Assembly: GCA_050115495.1 (NCBI GenBank)
Contig: JASFQK010000007.1
Coordinates: 32,001 to 96,000 of the forward strand
DNA: 64,000 nt
Source of the DNA: Phycisphaerae bacterium
GTDB lineage: Bacteria; Planctomycetota; Phycisphaerae; UBA1845; Fen-1342
Direction: 5' to 3'
The notes beneath the pieces are model-generated. The model worked only from the letters and a program-made list of their open reading frames with translations. It had not been told where the DNA came from and did not search any database. Made by a program: the position numbers and the translations under genes. Shown here piece by piece: positions 17,748 through 28,240 of the stretch; the first letter of the stretch is position 1; every line of letters starts with the position of its first letter.

Positions 17748-19397
17748 CTACTCTCCCCTCTCAGCTTTCTCGCGCAGCGCCGGCAGCACTTCCCGGCTGC
17801 GCATCGCCGACGGCAGCGGCCCCAGCGTCGTCATCGCGAACGTCGTGCAGTTCAACCGATTCAGCGAACCGTGCGTGCTCGCCATCCGCCGAATCATGAA
17901 ATGGAAGAACGCCGACCCGTGACACGCCCCGTCGCGCAAATTCACGACGACATCCGGCGGCTGGTCCACCTCGCCATGAAACGCATCCCACAACCGCTCC
18001 AGCGGGTCAGGGTAATAGTGTTCGAGCGTCGCCTGGAACAACGCCTCGCCATCAATCTCGCCCGCCGCCGACACCTTCCCGGCGGCGTGCAACTCCTCGA
18101 CGAACGGCTTCAGCCCGAGCGGATCGCTGGCTGCGCTGTCGTAGATGAACCCGCCGGCCCCCTGCGTGATGCGGGCCTGCCCCTCGCGGTCGACCACGAC
18201 CAGCGCCTCACCCGCGGGATAGCACGCGAACTCCACGTCCTCATGCTTCAGCAAACACTCGGCCACGCTCTTCGGCTCGCTCGTGAAGAACGCCGCATAC
18301 GTCACCAGCCCGTAGGCGATCGTCACCACATCCTTGGGCTTGCGCAGTCGATCGGTGAGCCGATAGCCGCCCTCCTTGAGCACGCGGTCGAACGTGACCC
18401 GCCGATTCTCCACCATGTTGTGCCCGTGGTCGGCGACGAGCGTCAGGTGTACCCGTCCGTGCCGCTCGTACATGAGCTGCGTGCACAGGCGGTCAAGCGT
18501 CAGCAGGTACTCGCGAATCGCCTCCCGCGATCCGCGCGTGCCGAGCCCCGCCGTCCCCACCGAATACGCCGCAGCCTCGCCCGACTCGATCTCGTGGAAC
18601 TTCCGCAGGATGCTGCCCAGCTCGTGGTTGAACACCGCCCGCGGATCGAGATACACCAGCACGTCCCACCAGAACGAGCACCGGTAGGTCATCTTCGCGA
18701 CCCACGGCGAGTTCGTGGCGTTCAGATACGTCGAGTTGCCGTCACGCCGCCGACCCGCCTCCCGGTCGTAATAGCACGCCTGGTACGCCTGGCAGTGCCC
18801 GGCGTGAAACAGGTCCGACAGGGCCAGATCCGTCATCGCCGGGAAGCAGCAGATCACCTTCGCCGGCGGATAGAAGCAACGGAAATGCCCCTCACGATAC
18901 AGCTCATCCACGATCTCGAACGGAACGCCATCGAGAGCGATGATGAAGTGCGGCCCGTCCTCCGGCCCGATCTCGTCCAAATCGACGCGCGGCCCCGGCT
19001 GACCCGCCCCGTCGGCGTACGCCAGCGCGTGTATGCGCCCGTCCGCCTCGCGATATTGCCAGAAGTCGGGCTTGCCGTCGCGGTTGGTGTCGTAAGCGAG
19101 CGACGTTTCCGGCCCGCTATCGTGGACGCTGAGCGGCTTCGGAAATGTCACCGGGCAACCGCACCCACTCAACAACCACATGCCGACGACTCCCACCGAT
19201 CCCGCCAGCCACCTCCAGCCCGCCCAAGCGCGCGACCGGCACGACATACACCACACCTCCGCCCGCCGCTCCCCCGCTTGCTCATGACTTACTGACCGGT
19301 CGCAACCAGAACCACGCCACCCACCGCCGGCACATGAACCGTCAGCCGGCCCTCCGCGTGCTGCGGCGCTCCGCCGTCGCCGAACGCCACCGTCCAC
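17748..19397 (-). CDS. Alkaline phosphatase/phosphodiesterase superfamily lipoprotein (true start probably near 19250-19180)
   Basis: Lipobox-like LLSGC; IIALDGVP, FPAMT, LVADHGH and STHGSL motifs. Confidence 0.65.
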   Translation of the reverse strand: MDGGVRRRRSAAARGGPADGSCAGGGWRGSGCDRSVSHEQAGERRAEVWCMSCRSRAWAGWRWLAGSVGVVGMWLLSGCGCPVTFPKPLSVHDSGPETSLAYDTNRDGKPDFWQYREADGRIHALAYADGAGQPGPRVDLDEIGPEDGPHFIIALDGVPFEIVDELYREGHFRCFYPPAKVICCFPAMTDLALSDLFHAGHCQAYQACYYDREAGRRRDGNSTYLNATNSPWVAKMTYRCSFWWDVLVYLDPRAVFNHELGSILRKFHEIESGEAAAYSVGTAGLGTRGSREAIREYLLTLDRLCTQLMYERHGRVHLTLVADHGHNMVENRRVTFDRVLKEGGYRLTDRLRKPKDVVTIAYGLVTYAAFFTSEPKSVAECLLKHEDVEFACYPAGEALVVVDREGQARITQGAGGFIYDSAASDPLGLKPFVEELHAAGKVSAAGEIDGEALFQATLEHYYPDPLERLWDAFHGEVDQPPDVVVNLRDGACHGSAFFHFMIRRMASTHGSLNRLNCTTFAMTTLGPLPSAMRSREVLPALREKAERGE

Positions 19398-21787
19398 GTC
19401 TGCGGCAGCCCCTCCGGCAACGGGATCTCCACGTCACTCACCGCATCCGAGGCATTCAGCACAACCAGCACATGCTCTGCCCCGTCGCTGCGCAGGAACG
19501 CCCACACATCCGTCGCGTCGTCCGTCAGCAGCGTCTTGAACGAGCCGATGCGCAGGGCCGGATGCGCGTTCCGCAGGGCGATCACCTGCCGGTAGAACGC
19601 CAACTCGTCTTCCATGACGAAGTTCTCTTCCGGCTTCTCGTACGGCTCGAGGTCTTTCCACAACATCGGCTTGCGGCAGGTCGGATCATCCGACCCCCAC
19701 ATCCCCACCTCGTCGCCGTAGTACACCATCGGCGCCCCCACGTACACCATCTGCAACAGCGCCACCAGCCGTGCCCGGGCGTACGTCCCCTCCGGCGGCT
19801 TGTTGTTGTCATAGTCCGGATTGTCGCTCTGCGGGCGGTTCTGCCGATCGTACTCGCGATCCGGATTCTGCGCCATCGACACCAGCCGATCGGTGTCGTG
19901 CGTGTCCACCAGGGTCTGCAGGGCGTACGTCGCCGCCGCCGGATACGCCAGCCGCAATTCGGCCAGCCGCGCCGCGGCATCGCTGGCGGTGATCTTCATC
20001 TTCTGATCGAACGCCCACTTCACCGCCACCTTGGCAAACTCGTAGTTCATGACCGCGTCGAAATGATGCCCATCGAGCCACTGGTCGGCGCGATTCCAGA
20101 TCTCCCCGGTGATCAGCGCGTCCGGGTTGATACTCTTCACGTACTTGCGCCACACCAGCCAGAACGGCCGCGGCACGTCGTTCGGCACATCCAACCGCCA
20201 GCCGTCGATCCCGTCGCTCGGGTCGCCGTCGCCGTTCGGGTCCATCCACCGCCGTGTGATGTTGAGAATGTGCTGCGTGGCGGCGGCGCTGGCCAGACCC
20301 TCGCGGCTCTTGCGGAACACCGGCATGTGTGCGAAGTCAGCCCAGCCCTTGTACGTGAACGGCTCCCACGACGTCACGTCGAACCAGCCGGCGAAACGTG
20401 ACTGCGCCCCGTTGCGCACCACGTCCTGAAACGCCGGATGCTGGCTGCCCACGTGGTTGAATACGCCGTCGAAAATGACCTTGAACCCCATCTCGTGCGC
20501 CTTCTTCACGAAGGCCAGGAACCGCTGGTCCGTTTCGGTCCACTGCCACGTCTGCGGGTCGAGCAGGTCTTCCTGGTCGGCCACGGCGTCGTAGTCACCT
20601 CGCGTCCCGAAGTGGTCATCGATGTGCACGTAGTTCTGCGTATCGTACTTGTGGTACGACGGCGCCTTGAAGATCGGGTTGAGATACAGCGCATTGACCC
20701 CCAACTCCTTGAGGTACGGCAGCATCTGCTCCAACCCTTGCAGGTCGCCGCCGTAGAAACGCTCGTACGCGAAGTTCGCATAGAACGTCTGCCCGTCGCG
20801 CCCTTCCCACGGCGACGGCGTGAACCACTCGCTCGTCCACGGCCGCACCGGATCCGGATCGTTACCCGGATCGCCGTTGCGGAAACGGTCCAGCATGATC
20901 TGGTACCACACCGCATGCTTGGCCCATTCCGGCGTCTCGAACACGCTGTCGTCGGTAAACGTGAACCGATAGGGGTACGGGTCGCTCACGCGCTGGTCCC
21001 CATCTTCAAGGACGAAGGTGTAGCCAATGCTGTGTACCCCCGGCGTACGGGCGTTCTCACGGACCGGGACGACGACCTGCGTCTCCCAGAACGTGAACAG
21101 TGGCCCCTCGGACACCGGCCGCATCTCGTGCAACGCGCCGCCGCGCTCCGCCAGCAAGACACGCTGCACGTCATGCGCGAACGTGCGATACCGCACCGAC
21201 AACTCATCCTCCGCCACCGGCTGCACGAACAGCGGCAGCGGCGGCCGGTGCGCGAGTCCGAGCACATCCACCTGCCCGTCGCCGAGCGTGGCTTTGGACT
21301 GGTGTACGCCCGCCAGCCGCCCGAGCCGAACGAACGAGTTGTAGCCCCCGAACCCGTCCGGCACCCGGTCCAGGTTCACCGGATCGTCCACCCACTTCTC
21401 GTCGTTGACCAGGAACTTGTACTCGTACACGCCCGTCGGCAGGGCCAGCTCCGTCGTCCACACGCCTTCCGCGTCCGGCCCCTTCATCGGGAACGCCTGC
21501 CGGTCCCAGCCGTTGAACGACCCGCACACGACCACCTGCCGCGCCGCGATCTTCGGCTGAAAACGGAACGTGCACTGCCACTGATCCTGCGGCAGCGGCT
21601 CCGCCGTGATCGAGTCCGGCAGCGGTGCCACGTCCTCCGCCGCCCGAACCGGTTGCAGCGGCGGCGCCGGCGGCCACTGCTCCTGTGCTGCCACCCATCC
21701 GACGAACAAACCGACGAGAACAGGAACGATCAAAAGGAACCGTGCCGGCCGGCACGCCGCGGTGATGACGTCTCTGCTCGCTTTCAT
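19289..21787 (-). CDS. Secreted GH13 alpha-amylase/neopullulanase-like enzyme with N-terminal CBM48-like domain (paralog 1)
   Basis: Signal peptide; GSFNGW..YEYKF glycogen-binding motif; GH13 regions DGVFNH, GIDGWRLDV, GEIW, DTHD. Confidence 0.92.
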   Translation of the reverse strand: MKASRDVITAACRPARFLLIVPVLVGLFVGWVAAQEQWPPAPPLQPVRAAEDVAPLPDSITAEPLPQDQWQCTFRFQPKIAARQVVVCGSFNGWDRQAFPMKGPDAEGVWTTELALPTGVYEYKFLVNDEKWVDDPVNLDRVPDGFGGYNSFVRLGRLAGVHQSKATLGDGQVDVLGLAHRPPLPLFVQPVAEDELSVRYRTFAHDVQRVLLAERGGALHEMRPVSEGPLFTFWETQVVVPVRENARTPGVHSIGYTFVLEDGDQRVSDPYPYRFTFTDDSVFETPEWAKHAVWYQIMLDRFRNGDPGNDPDPVRPWTSEWFTPSPWEGRDGQTFYANFAYERFYGGDLQGLEQMLPYLKELGVNALYLNPIFKAPSYHKYDTQNYVHIDDHFGTRGDYDAVADQEDLLDPQTWQWTETDQRFLAFVKKAHEMGFKVIFDGVFNHVGSQHPAFQDVVRNGAQSRFAGWFDVTSWEPFTYKGWADFAHMPVFRKSREGLASAAATQHILNITRRWMDPNGDGDPSDGIDGWRLDVPNDVPRPFWLVWRKYVKSINPDALITGEIWNRADQWLDGHHFDAVMNYEFAKVAVKWAFDQKMKITASDAAARLAELRLAYPAAATYALQTLVDTHDTDRLVSMAQNPDREYDRQNRPQSDNPDYDNNKPPEGTYARARLVALLQMVYVGAPMVYYGDEVGMWGSDDPTCRKPMLWKDLEPYEKPEENFVMEDELAFYRQVIALRNAHPALRIGSFKTLLTDDATDVWAFLRSDGAEHVLVVLNASDAVSDVEIPLPEGLPQTWTVAFGDGGAPQHAEGRLTVHVPAVGGVVLVATGQ

Positions 21788-21837
21788 GACTAAGTAGTGT
21801 AGCCCTCCCCGCCAACCTCCGCCATTGAATCCACCCG

Positions 21838-22044
21838 GCGCCACTGGTGGCTTGCCCCGCGTGCCACTGGTAGCTTGCCCACCAGTGCTCGCCCCCCTAA
21901 CCTCCCCCCCACACAACGCTTACCGACCCCCAACCGCCTGCCCACCAATACCCCCCGGGGGCGATCACACCCCCTTCGCCGGGTGCCACTGGTGGCTTGC
22001 CCACCAGTGCCCCCCCGGTGGCGACCACACCCCCTCGCCGGGTA
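21838..22044. repeat. Cluster of REP-like palindromes GTGCCACTGGTGGCTTGYCCACCAGTGC
   Basis: Copies at 21838 (partial), 21861-21888 and 21983-22010; others at 30915-30942 (reverse), 57848-57875 and a variant at 17593-17615. Confidence 0.75.
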
Positions 22045-22086
22045 CCATGGGCCGCCGCCGACTTCCGCCGGCGAGTGAGGCACGAC

Positions 22087-24132
22087 ATGGCAGACGACCG
22101 GACGGCCCCGCCGCCCGACGAAATGGAACTGGTCCGGCTCGACCCCTGGTTGAAACCCTACGCGCAGAAGCTGCGCGCCCGCTACGAGCGTTACGTCACC
22201 CTCCGCCGCCGGATCGAGGACGCCGCCGGCTCGCTCGCCGACTTCGCCCGCGGCCACGAATACCTCGGCTTCAACCGTGGCGAGCAGGACGGCCGACCCG
22301 GCCTCTGGTACCGCGAATGGGCCCCCCAGGCCCACGCCCTTTTCCTCATCGGCGACTTCAACCACTGGCACCGCGGTCGTCACCAGCTCCGCCGAACGGA
22401 CGGCGGCGTCTGGCAGATCTTCCTCCCCGACGATCAGCCCGACGACCGCATCCCCCACGGCACCGCCGTCAAGACACACGTCATCAGCGAACTCGGCCCG
22501 ATGGACCGCATCCCCGCCTACATCCGCCGCGTCGCCCCTGAGCCCGGCGGCCAGCACTTCGTCGGCCAGTACTGGGCCCCGTCTGAGCCCTACACCTGGC
22601 GGCACGAGCCGCCCGCCCCGCCGATCAGCCCGCGCATCTACGAGGCCCACGTCGGCATGGCCGTCGAAGCGCAGCGCGTCGGCACCTACCGCGAGTTCGC
22701 CGACCAGGTCCTCCCGCGCATCGCCCGTGCCGGCTACAACACCGTCCAGCTCATGGCCATCCTCGAGCACCCCTACTACGGCTCGTTCGGCTACCAGGTG
22801 AGCAACTTCTTCGCACCGTCGTCACGCTTCGGCACGCCCGAAGAGCTGAAGGCCCTCATCGACACTGCCCACGGACTCGGCCTCCGCGTCCTGCTCGACA
22901 TCGTCCACAGCCACGTCGTCAAGAACGTCCAGGAAGGCCTCAACCGATTCGACGGTACCGACTACCAGTACTTCCACGCCGGCCCACGCGGCCAGCATCC
23001 GGCGTGGGATTCGCTCCTCTTCGACTACGCCAAGTGGGACGTCCTCCGCTTTCTGCTCAGCAACGTCCGCTACTGGCTCGAAGAGTTCCGCTTCGACGGC
23101 TTCCGCTTCGACGGCGTCACCAGCATGATGTACCTCGATCACGGACTCGGCCGTCCGTTCACCGGCTACGACGACTACTTCCCCCCGCACGTCGACGAGG
23201 ATGCCATCGCCTATCTCCAAATCGCCAACGACCTCGTGCACACGCTCCGCCCCGACGCCTGCACGGTCGCCGAGGACGTCTCCGGCATGGTCGGCACGGC
23301 TCGCCCCGTGGCTGAGGGCGGCCTCGGCTTCGACTATCGCCTCGCCATGGGCATCCCCGACTACTGGATTCGCATTCTCAAGGAGCGCCGCGACGAGGAG
23401 TGGTCCCTCGCCGAGATCTACCACACGCTCACCAACCGCCGCCGCGGAGAGAAGCACGTCGCCTACGCCGAGTCGCACGACCAGTCCCTCGTCGGCGACA
23501 AGACCATCGCCTTCTGGCTGATGGACGCCGCCATGTACCACCACATGACCAAGGACGCCCAGCACGCCGTCATCGACCGCGGCGTCGCCCTGCACAAGAT
23601 CCTCCGCCTCCTGACCTTCGTCCTCGGCGGCGAGGGCTATCTCAACTTCATGGGCAACGAGTTCGGCCATCCGGAGTGGGTCGATTTCCCGCGTGCCGGC
23701 AACAACAATTCCTACCAGTTCGCTCGCCGGCAATGGTCGCTCGTGGACGACCCGCTTCTGCGTTACCACGATTTGGCGGAATTTGACCGGGCGATGTTGG
23801 CGATTGACGAACGTTACCACATTCTGGCGGAGTCCGACGTCGAGCTCCTGCTCTCCCACGAAGACCAGAAAGTCATGATCTGCCGCCGCGGCCCCTTCCT
23901 CCTGGCGGCCAATCTCCACCCGACGGCGTCCTACGCCGACTACCGCGTCGGCGTGCCCGCTCCCGCCGACTATCGGCTCGTTCTGAACACGGACGACCTC
24001 TTCTTCGGCGGCCACGCCATCGTCCGCACCGGTCAGGTCTACCCCTGGCAATCGGTCCCCTGCCACGCCCAACCGCAGAGCGTCCAAGTCTACCTCCCCG
24101 CCCGCACCGCCCAACTCTGGTCACCGAAGTAG
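22087..24132 (+). CDS. glgB: 1,4-alpha-glucan branching enzyme (GH13_8-like)
   Basis: YEAHVG, FDGFRFDGVTSM, AEDVSG, YAESHDQ, NFMGNEFGHPEW; GAGG RBS before ATG 22087. Confidence 0.95.
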   Translation: MADDRTAPPPDEMELVRLDPWLKPYAQKLRARYERYVTLRRRIEDAAGSLADFARGHEYLGFNRGEQDGRPGLWYREWAPQAHALFLIGDFNHWHRGRHQLRRTDGGVWQIFLPDDQPDDRIPHGTAVKTHVISELGPMDRIPAYIRRVAPEPGGQHFVGQYWAPSEPYTWRHEPPAPPISPRIYEAHVGMAVEAQRVGTYREFADQVLPRIARAGYNTVQLMAILEHPYYGSFGYQVSNFFAPSSRFGTPEELKALIDTAHGLGLRVLLDIVHSHVVKNVQEGLNRFDGTDYQYFHAGPRGQHPAWDSLLFDYAKWDVLRFLLSNVRYWLEEFRFDGFRFDGVTSMMYLDHGLGRPFTGYDDYFPPHVDEDAIAYLQIANDLVHTLRPDACTVAEDVSGMVGTARPVAEGGLGFDYRLAMGIPDYWIRILKERRDEEWSLAEIYHTLTNRRRGEKHVAYAESHDQSLVGDKTIAFWLMDAAMYHHMTKDAQHAVIDRGVALHKILRLLTFVLGGEGYLNFMGNEFGHPEWVDFPRAGNNNSYQFARRQWSLVDDPLLRYHDLAEFDRAMLAIDERYHILAESDVELLLSHEDQKVMICRRGPFLLAANLHPTASYADYRVGVPAPADYRLVLNTDDLFFGGHAIVRTGQVYPWQSVPCHAQPQSVQVYLPARTAQLWSPK

Positions 24133-24390
24133 CTGACACCCTCGTATTCCACCGCCCCCCCACACCTTCATTCTCTAGCTTCAGCATGCGTCAATCCTGC
24201 TTGATTGATCCATTGGTACTCAGTAACATGTGGTTATCTCGTCCGATAAGTCTCACGCTCAGAAATACGCAACCATGACCCGCGGGACGCGTGAGGGACC
24301 GGCTTCTCGTCTCGGCGAAGCCGCAGGAAGCACCGCCCTTGTTCGAAGCGTTCGGTCCTCCATGCGCCACCCACTCTGAGGAGGACAGGT

Positions 24391-27300
24391 ATGCTCGGGC
24401 ACACCATGATGGAACAACGAATGTCGCGCCTGTGGCTGCTGGGTGCCATATTGCTCGGTTCACCTGTGCTGGCCGACACACTCCTCGTACCGAGCCAGTA
24501 CCCGACCATCCAGGCTGCGATCGACGCGGCATGGCCCGGAGACGCAGTCGAAGTTGCCGACGGCACATACACAGGCGACGGGAACCGGGATCTCGACACC
24601 GCCGGCAAGGCGATCACCGTCCGCAGTGCGTCCGGTGATCCCGCCCTGTGCATCATCGATTGCGAGGGATCATCGAGTGAACATCACCGTGGCTTCCATT
24701 TCCACAGCGGCGAGACAGCCGCCACGATAGTAGACGGCATCACCATCTGCAATGGATACAACCACGGCGGTGGCGGCGTCTGCTGTGCCGAAGCCAGCAG
24801 CCCGACGCTCATCAACTGCAGAATCACGGACAACACTGCGACGCAAGCAGCCGCCGGCATCTACTGCTACGACGACAGCAGTCCGACCATCACCGACTGC
24901 ATGATCGCAAATAACACCGCGGGCCATTCAGGCGGCGGCATCTGCTGCCAAGGCGCCAGCAGCCCCACCATCACCAACTGCACGGTAAGGGCAAACACGA
25001 CGGACGCCTCCGGCGGCGGGATCTATTGCTCCGACCACTGCCACTTGACCATCATCGACTGCACGATCAGCGACAACTCACTTGGCACCAGTGGTGGCGG
25101 TGTCCACTGTCAGCTCTATAGCAGCCTCACAATGACCAACTGCACGATCGCGCACAACGCTGCCAGCAATGCCGGGGGCATTAGCTGCAGCGTGCATTCC
25201 GAAATGATGCTCACCAACTGCCTGATCACAGAAAACACCGCGGACCAGTATGGCGGCGGCGTCTTCGCGTCCGGCGACTGCGTGCTGGCCCACTGCACGA
25301 TCGCGAGGAATACCGCTGCGGGCGGGGGCGGTGTTCGTTGTGGTGTCGACGGCGCCACCCTGCTCAACTGCGTCATAAGAGACAACACGGTAACAGGCAA
25401 CGGCGGTGGCGCCCTCTGTATCGACAGCGATGCCATGTTCATCAATTGCGCGATTACAGGGAACACGGCAGAACACGGCGGCGGCATCTTCAGCGAAGAC
25501 AACCCGAGCCCGACGTTCATCAATTGCACGATCGCGGATAACACTGCGGATGACGGCGGCCTCTCCTGCAGTTGGGACAGCACCCCGATATTGACCAACT
25601 GCATCCTCTGGGGCAACTTACCGACGGAGGTTTACGTGTGGACGGGAGCCCCGGTTCTGACCTACTGCGATGTGCAGGGAGGATGGGCCGGTGAGGGCAA
25701 TACCGCCGTCGATCCGGTGTTCGTCGACCCCGTAAACGGCGACTACCGGATTTCCAGAGAGTCGCCGTGCATCGACGCAGCCAACAACCACGCCCTGCCT
25801 CCCGATGCGTTCGACCTCGACGACGATGGCGACACGGAAGAGCCAATCCCCCTCGATCTCGCCGGCCACCCCCGCCTCTTTGACGATCCGAACACGCAAG
25901 ACAGCGGTCTCGGCGAACCACCGCTCGCTGACCGAGGCGCCTACGAGTACCAGGGGCCGTTGACGCTCAACGTTCCAGAAGACTATGACACGATCCAGGC
26001 AGCGATCGATGGGGCGATCAACGGCGACGTCGTCACCGTCGAACTCGGCGTCTGGAGTGGCCCCGGCAACCGAGACCTGGATTGCCGCGGTAAGGCCATC
26101 ACCGTGCGCAGCATCGTCGGAAGCCCGACACTGTGTATCATCAACTGCGAGGGGTCGTGGAACGACCCCCACCGCGGCTTCCATTTCCACAGCGGCGAGA
26201 CTGCCGACACGGTCATAAGGGGCTTCACCATCCGCAATGGAGAAGCGGAGTTCGGCAGCGGCATCTGCTGCGAGGGCAGCAGCCCGACAATCAACCACTG
26301 CACGATCAAGGAAAACGGTTCGCTCAACTACCCAGGCGGCGGGCTCTATTGCACGGCCAGCAGTCCTGCGTTGACCCACTGCACCATCAGCTCAAACACG
26401 GCCTACACCGGCGGCGGCATCTACGGCTCGCACAGCAGCCCTGCATTGCACGAGTGCACCATTATTGGAAACACGGCGTACGACGACGGAGGCGGCATCT
26501 GCTGGTCGAACGGCGGTCCTGCGTTCACCGATTGCAGCATCACGGGAAACGTGGCCGGAAGCAACGGCGGCGGCTTGTATGCCTACGGTGCCAACCTCTC
26601 ATTGACGGACTGCACGATCAGTGCGAATGAGGCCTACGCCGGCGGCGGTCTCTATTGCGAGCATGCCTACCCGACGTTTACCCGCTGTACGGTCAGTGAT
26701 AACTCCGCCGATTCCTACGGTGGAGGTGTCTACTGCCTCTTGATCCACCCCACCTTCACCGACTGCACGGTCCGCTCGAATAGCGCTGGTGTCATGGGCG
26801 GCGGCGTGTATTGCCGGCAAAATGGCAGCCCCACCTTCACCGATTCGGAGATCATCGAGAACACGGCCGGCGGCGGTATCGTCTGTGAGTATCACTCCGA
26901 CCCAATCTTCTTCAACTGCACGATCGCCAGAAACGTCGGCGCGGTTGGCGGTGGCCTACACTGTTGGGAAGGATCCAACCCGGAGCTCACGGACTGCGCG
27001 ATCGCGGAAAACACGGCGGAATACGACGGCGGCGGCGTCTTCTGCACAACGGGCAGCAACCCGGTACTCACCAACTGCACGATCGCCGCCAATGTTGCCT
27101 CCACCGGCGCCGGCGGCGCGCTCTCCTGTGTGGAAGAAAGCAGCCCGACGTTCATGAATTGCCTGATCACCGAAAACTCGGCGTCGTCCGGCGGAGCGCT
27201 GCACTGCTGGATGGCCGACCCGACGTTCACCAATTGCACGATCGCCCTGAACACCGCAGGCTATGGGGGCGGGCTGCTCTGCGAGGAAATGAGCAGCCCG

Positions 27301-27834
27301 GTGCTGACCAACTGCATCCTGTGGGCCGACTCGCCGCACGAGATCTTCGTCTACTCCGGTACACCCGCCGTGACGTACTGCGACGTCCAGGGCGGCTGGC
27401 CCGGCGGAGGCAACATAGACGCCGACCCGCTGTTCCTCGCCGGGCCGGTCGGCTACTTCTATCTGAGCCATACCGCAGCCGGCCAACCGTTTGACAGTCC
27501 CTGTATCGACGGCGGCAATGACACCGCCGAGCACTACGGCCTGGCGACGTCAACGACCCGCCGCGACGAGGCTGTGGACACCGGCATCGTGGACGTCGGC
27601 TACCACTACCCGGTCACAGGCCAGCCGTTCGTGCATGGCGACTTCGACTACAACGGCAACCTGGACATGGAGGACTTCGGCGAATCCGTCTCCTACGCAA
27701 CGGGCCCCGCCCCGGATCCCCCGCACTGGCCGCCGATGTACGGGAACCCCCGCGGCAACATCGTCGACTTCGACGACGACGGCGACGTCGACCTGTTCGA
27801 TTGGAGCTGCTTCCAGTCGGCGTTCGCGCCGTAG
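24391..27834 (+). CDS. Secreted right-handed parallel beta-helix repeat protein, two modules plus C-terminal twin Ca-loop domain
   Basis: Signal peptide; VPxxYxTIQAAID twice; repeated GGGxxC..SPTxxNCTIxxN; C-terminal GDFDYNG / DFDDDGDVD. Confidence 0.9.
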   Translation: MLGHTMMEQRMSRLWLLGAILLGSPVLADTLLVPSQYPTIQAAIDAAWPGDAVEVADGTYTGDGNRDLDTAGKAITVRSASGDPALCIIDCEGSSSEHHRGFHFHSGETAATIVDGITICNGYNHGGGGVCCAEASSPTLINCRITDNTATQAAAGIYCYDDSSPTITDCMIANNTAGHSGGGICCQGASSPTITNCTVRANTTDASGGGIYCSDHCHLTIIDCTISDNSLGTSGGGVHCQLYSSLTMTNCTIAHNAASNAGGISCSVHSEMMLTNCLITENTADQYGGGVFASGDCVLAHCTIARNTAAGGGGVRCGVDGATLLNCVIRDNTVTGNGGGALCIDSDAMFINCAITGNTAEHGGGIFSEDNPSPTFINCTIADNTADDGGLSCSWDSTPILTNCILWGNLPTEVYVWTGAPVLTYCDVQGGWAGEGNTAVDPVFVDPVNGDYRISRESPCIDAANNHALPPDAFDLDDDGDTEEPIPLDLAGHPRLFDDPNTQDSGLGEPPLADRGAYEYQGPLTLNVPEDYDTIQAAIDGAINGDVVTVELGVWSGPGNRDLDCRGKAITVRSIVGSPTLCIINCEGSWNDPHRGFHFHSGETADTVIRGFTIRNGEAEFGSGICCEGSSPTINHCTIKENGSLNYPGGGLYCTASSPALTHCTISSNTAYTGGGIYGSHSSPALHECTIIGNTAYDDGGGICWSNGGPAFTDCSITGNVAGSNGGGLYAYGANLSLTDCTISANEAYAGGGLYCEHAYPTFTRCTVSDNSADSYGGGVYCLLIHPTFTDCTVRSNSAGVMGGGVYCRQNGSPTFTDSEIIENTAGGGIVCEYHSDPIFFNCTIARNVGAVGGGLHCWEGSNPELTDCAIAENTAEYDGGGVFCTTGSNPVLTNCTIAANVASTGAGGALSCVEESSPTFMNCLITENSASSGGALHCWMADPTFTNCTIALNTAGYGGGLLCEEMSSPVLTNCILWADSPHEIFVYSGTPAVTYCDVQGGWPGGGNIDADPLFLAGPVGYFYLSHTAAGQPFDSPCIDGGNDTAEHYGLATSTTRRDEAVDTGIVDVGYHYPVTGQPFVHGDFDYNGNLDMEDFGESVSYATGPAPDPPHWPPMYGNPRGNIVDFDDDGDVDLFDWSCFQSAFAP

Positions 27835-27894
27835 TGGGTGCGGCGGCCCGTGCCCGCCAATTCCCCCGGCACCCACCCGCGGGCACGGCCCGGC

Positions 27895-28158
27895 CTACTT
27901 CTTTGTGGTCCGTTTCGCCTTCGCTTTGGGCTTCGGCGGGTCGTCGATCAGTTCAAGCAGATTGCCGAAGTCGACACCGAGAGCGCGGCATATCTTTTCG
28001 AGGGTCGCAATCGTCGCGTTGTAGCCTGGCTGGCTTCCCATGATCTGCAGCGTGCCATGGGCGATACCGGTTCGCTCCGCGAGCAGCTTGTATGTCATGC
28101 GCTCGCCAGTTCGTCGCCGGTAAGCCTCCATAGCCTCCCTCAGCTTGATTGCGACCAC
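27895..28158 (-). CDS. XRE/Cro-family helix-turn-helix regulator
   Basis: MTYKLLAERTGIAHGTLQIM..TLEKICRALGV..LLE pattern; TATGAT -10 at 28180-28185. Confidence 0.85.
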   Translation of the reverse strand: MVAIKLREAMEAYRRRTGERMTYKLLAERTGIAHGTLQIMGSQPGYNATIATLEKICRALGVDFGNLLELIDDPPKPKAKAKRTTKK

Positions 28159-28205
28159 GTCTTATCCACCAAGAAAGAAATCATAGCTGATAATTAAGAT
28201 TCTGC

Positions 28206-28234
28206 TTGACACCGAGCAGACATAGATGTATAAT
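28206..28234 (+). promoter_or_regulatory. Perfect-consensus sigma70 promoter
   Basis: TTGACA-N17-TATAAT, in an AT-rich patch divergent from the XRE gene. Confidence 0.85.
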
Positions 28235-28240
28235 ACCGTC

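Noticed and set aside
24201..24390. Possible promoter (TTGATT-17-TAACAT) and paired leader upstream of the beta-helix gene
   Set aside because: No recognisable riboswitch motif; the pairing is within chance for this GC content.
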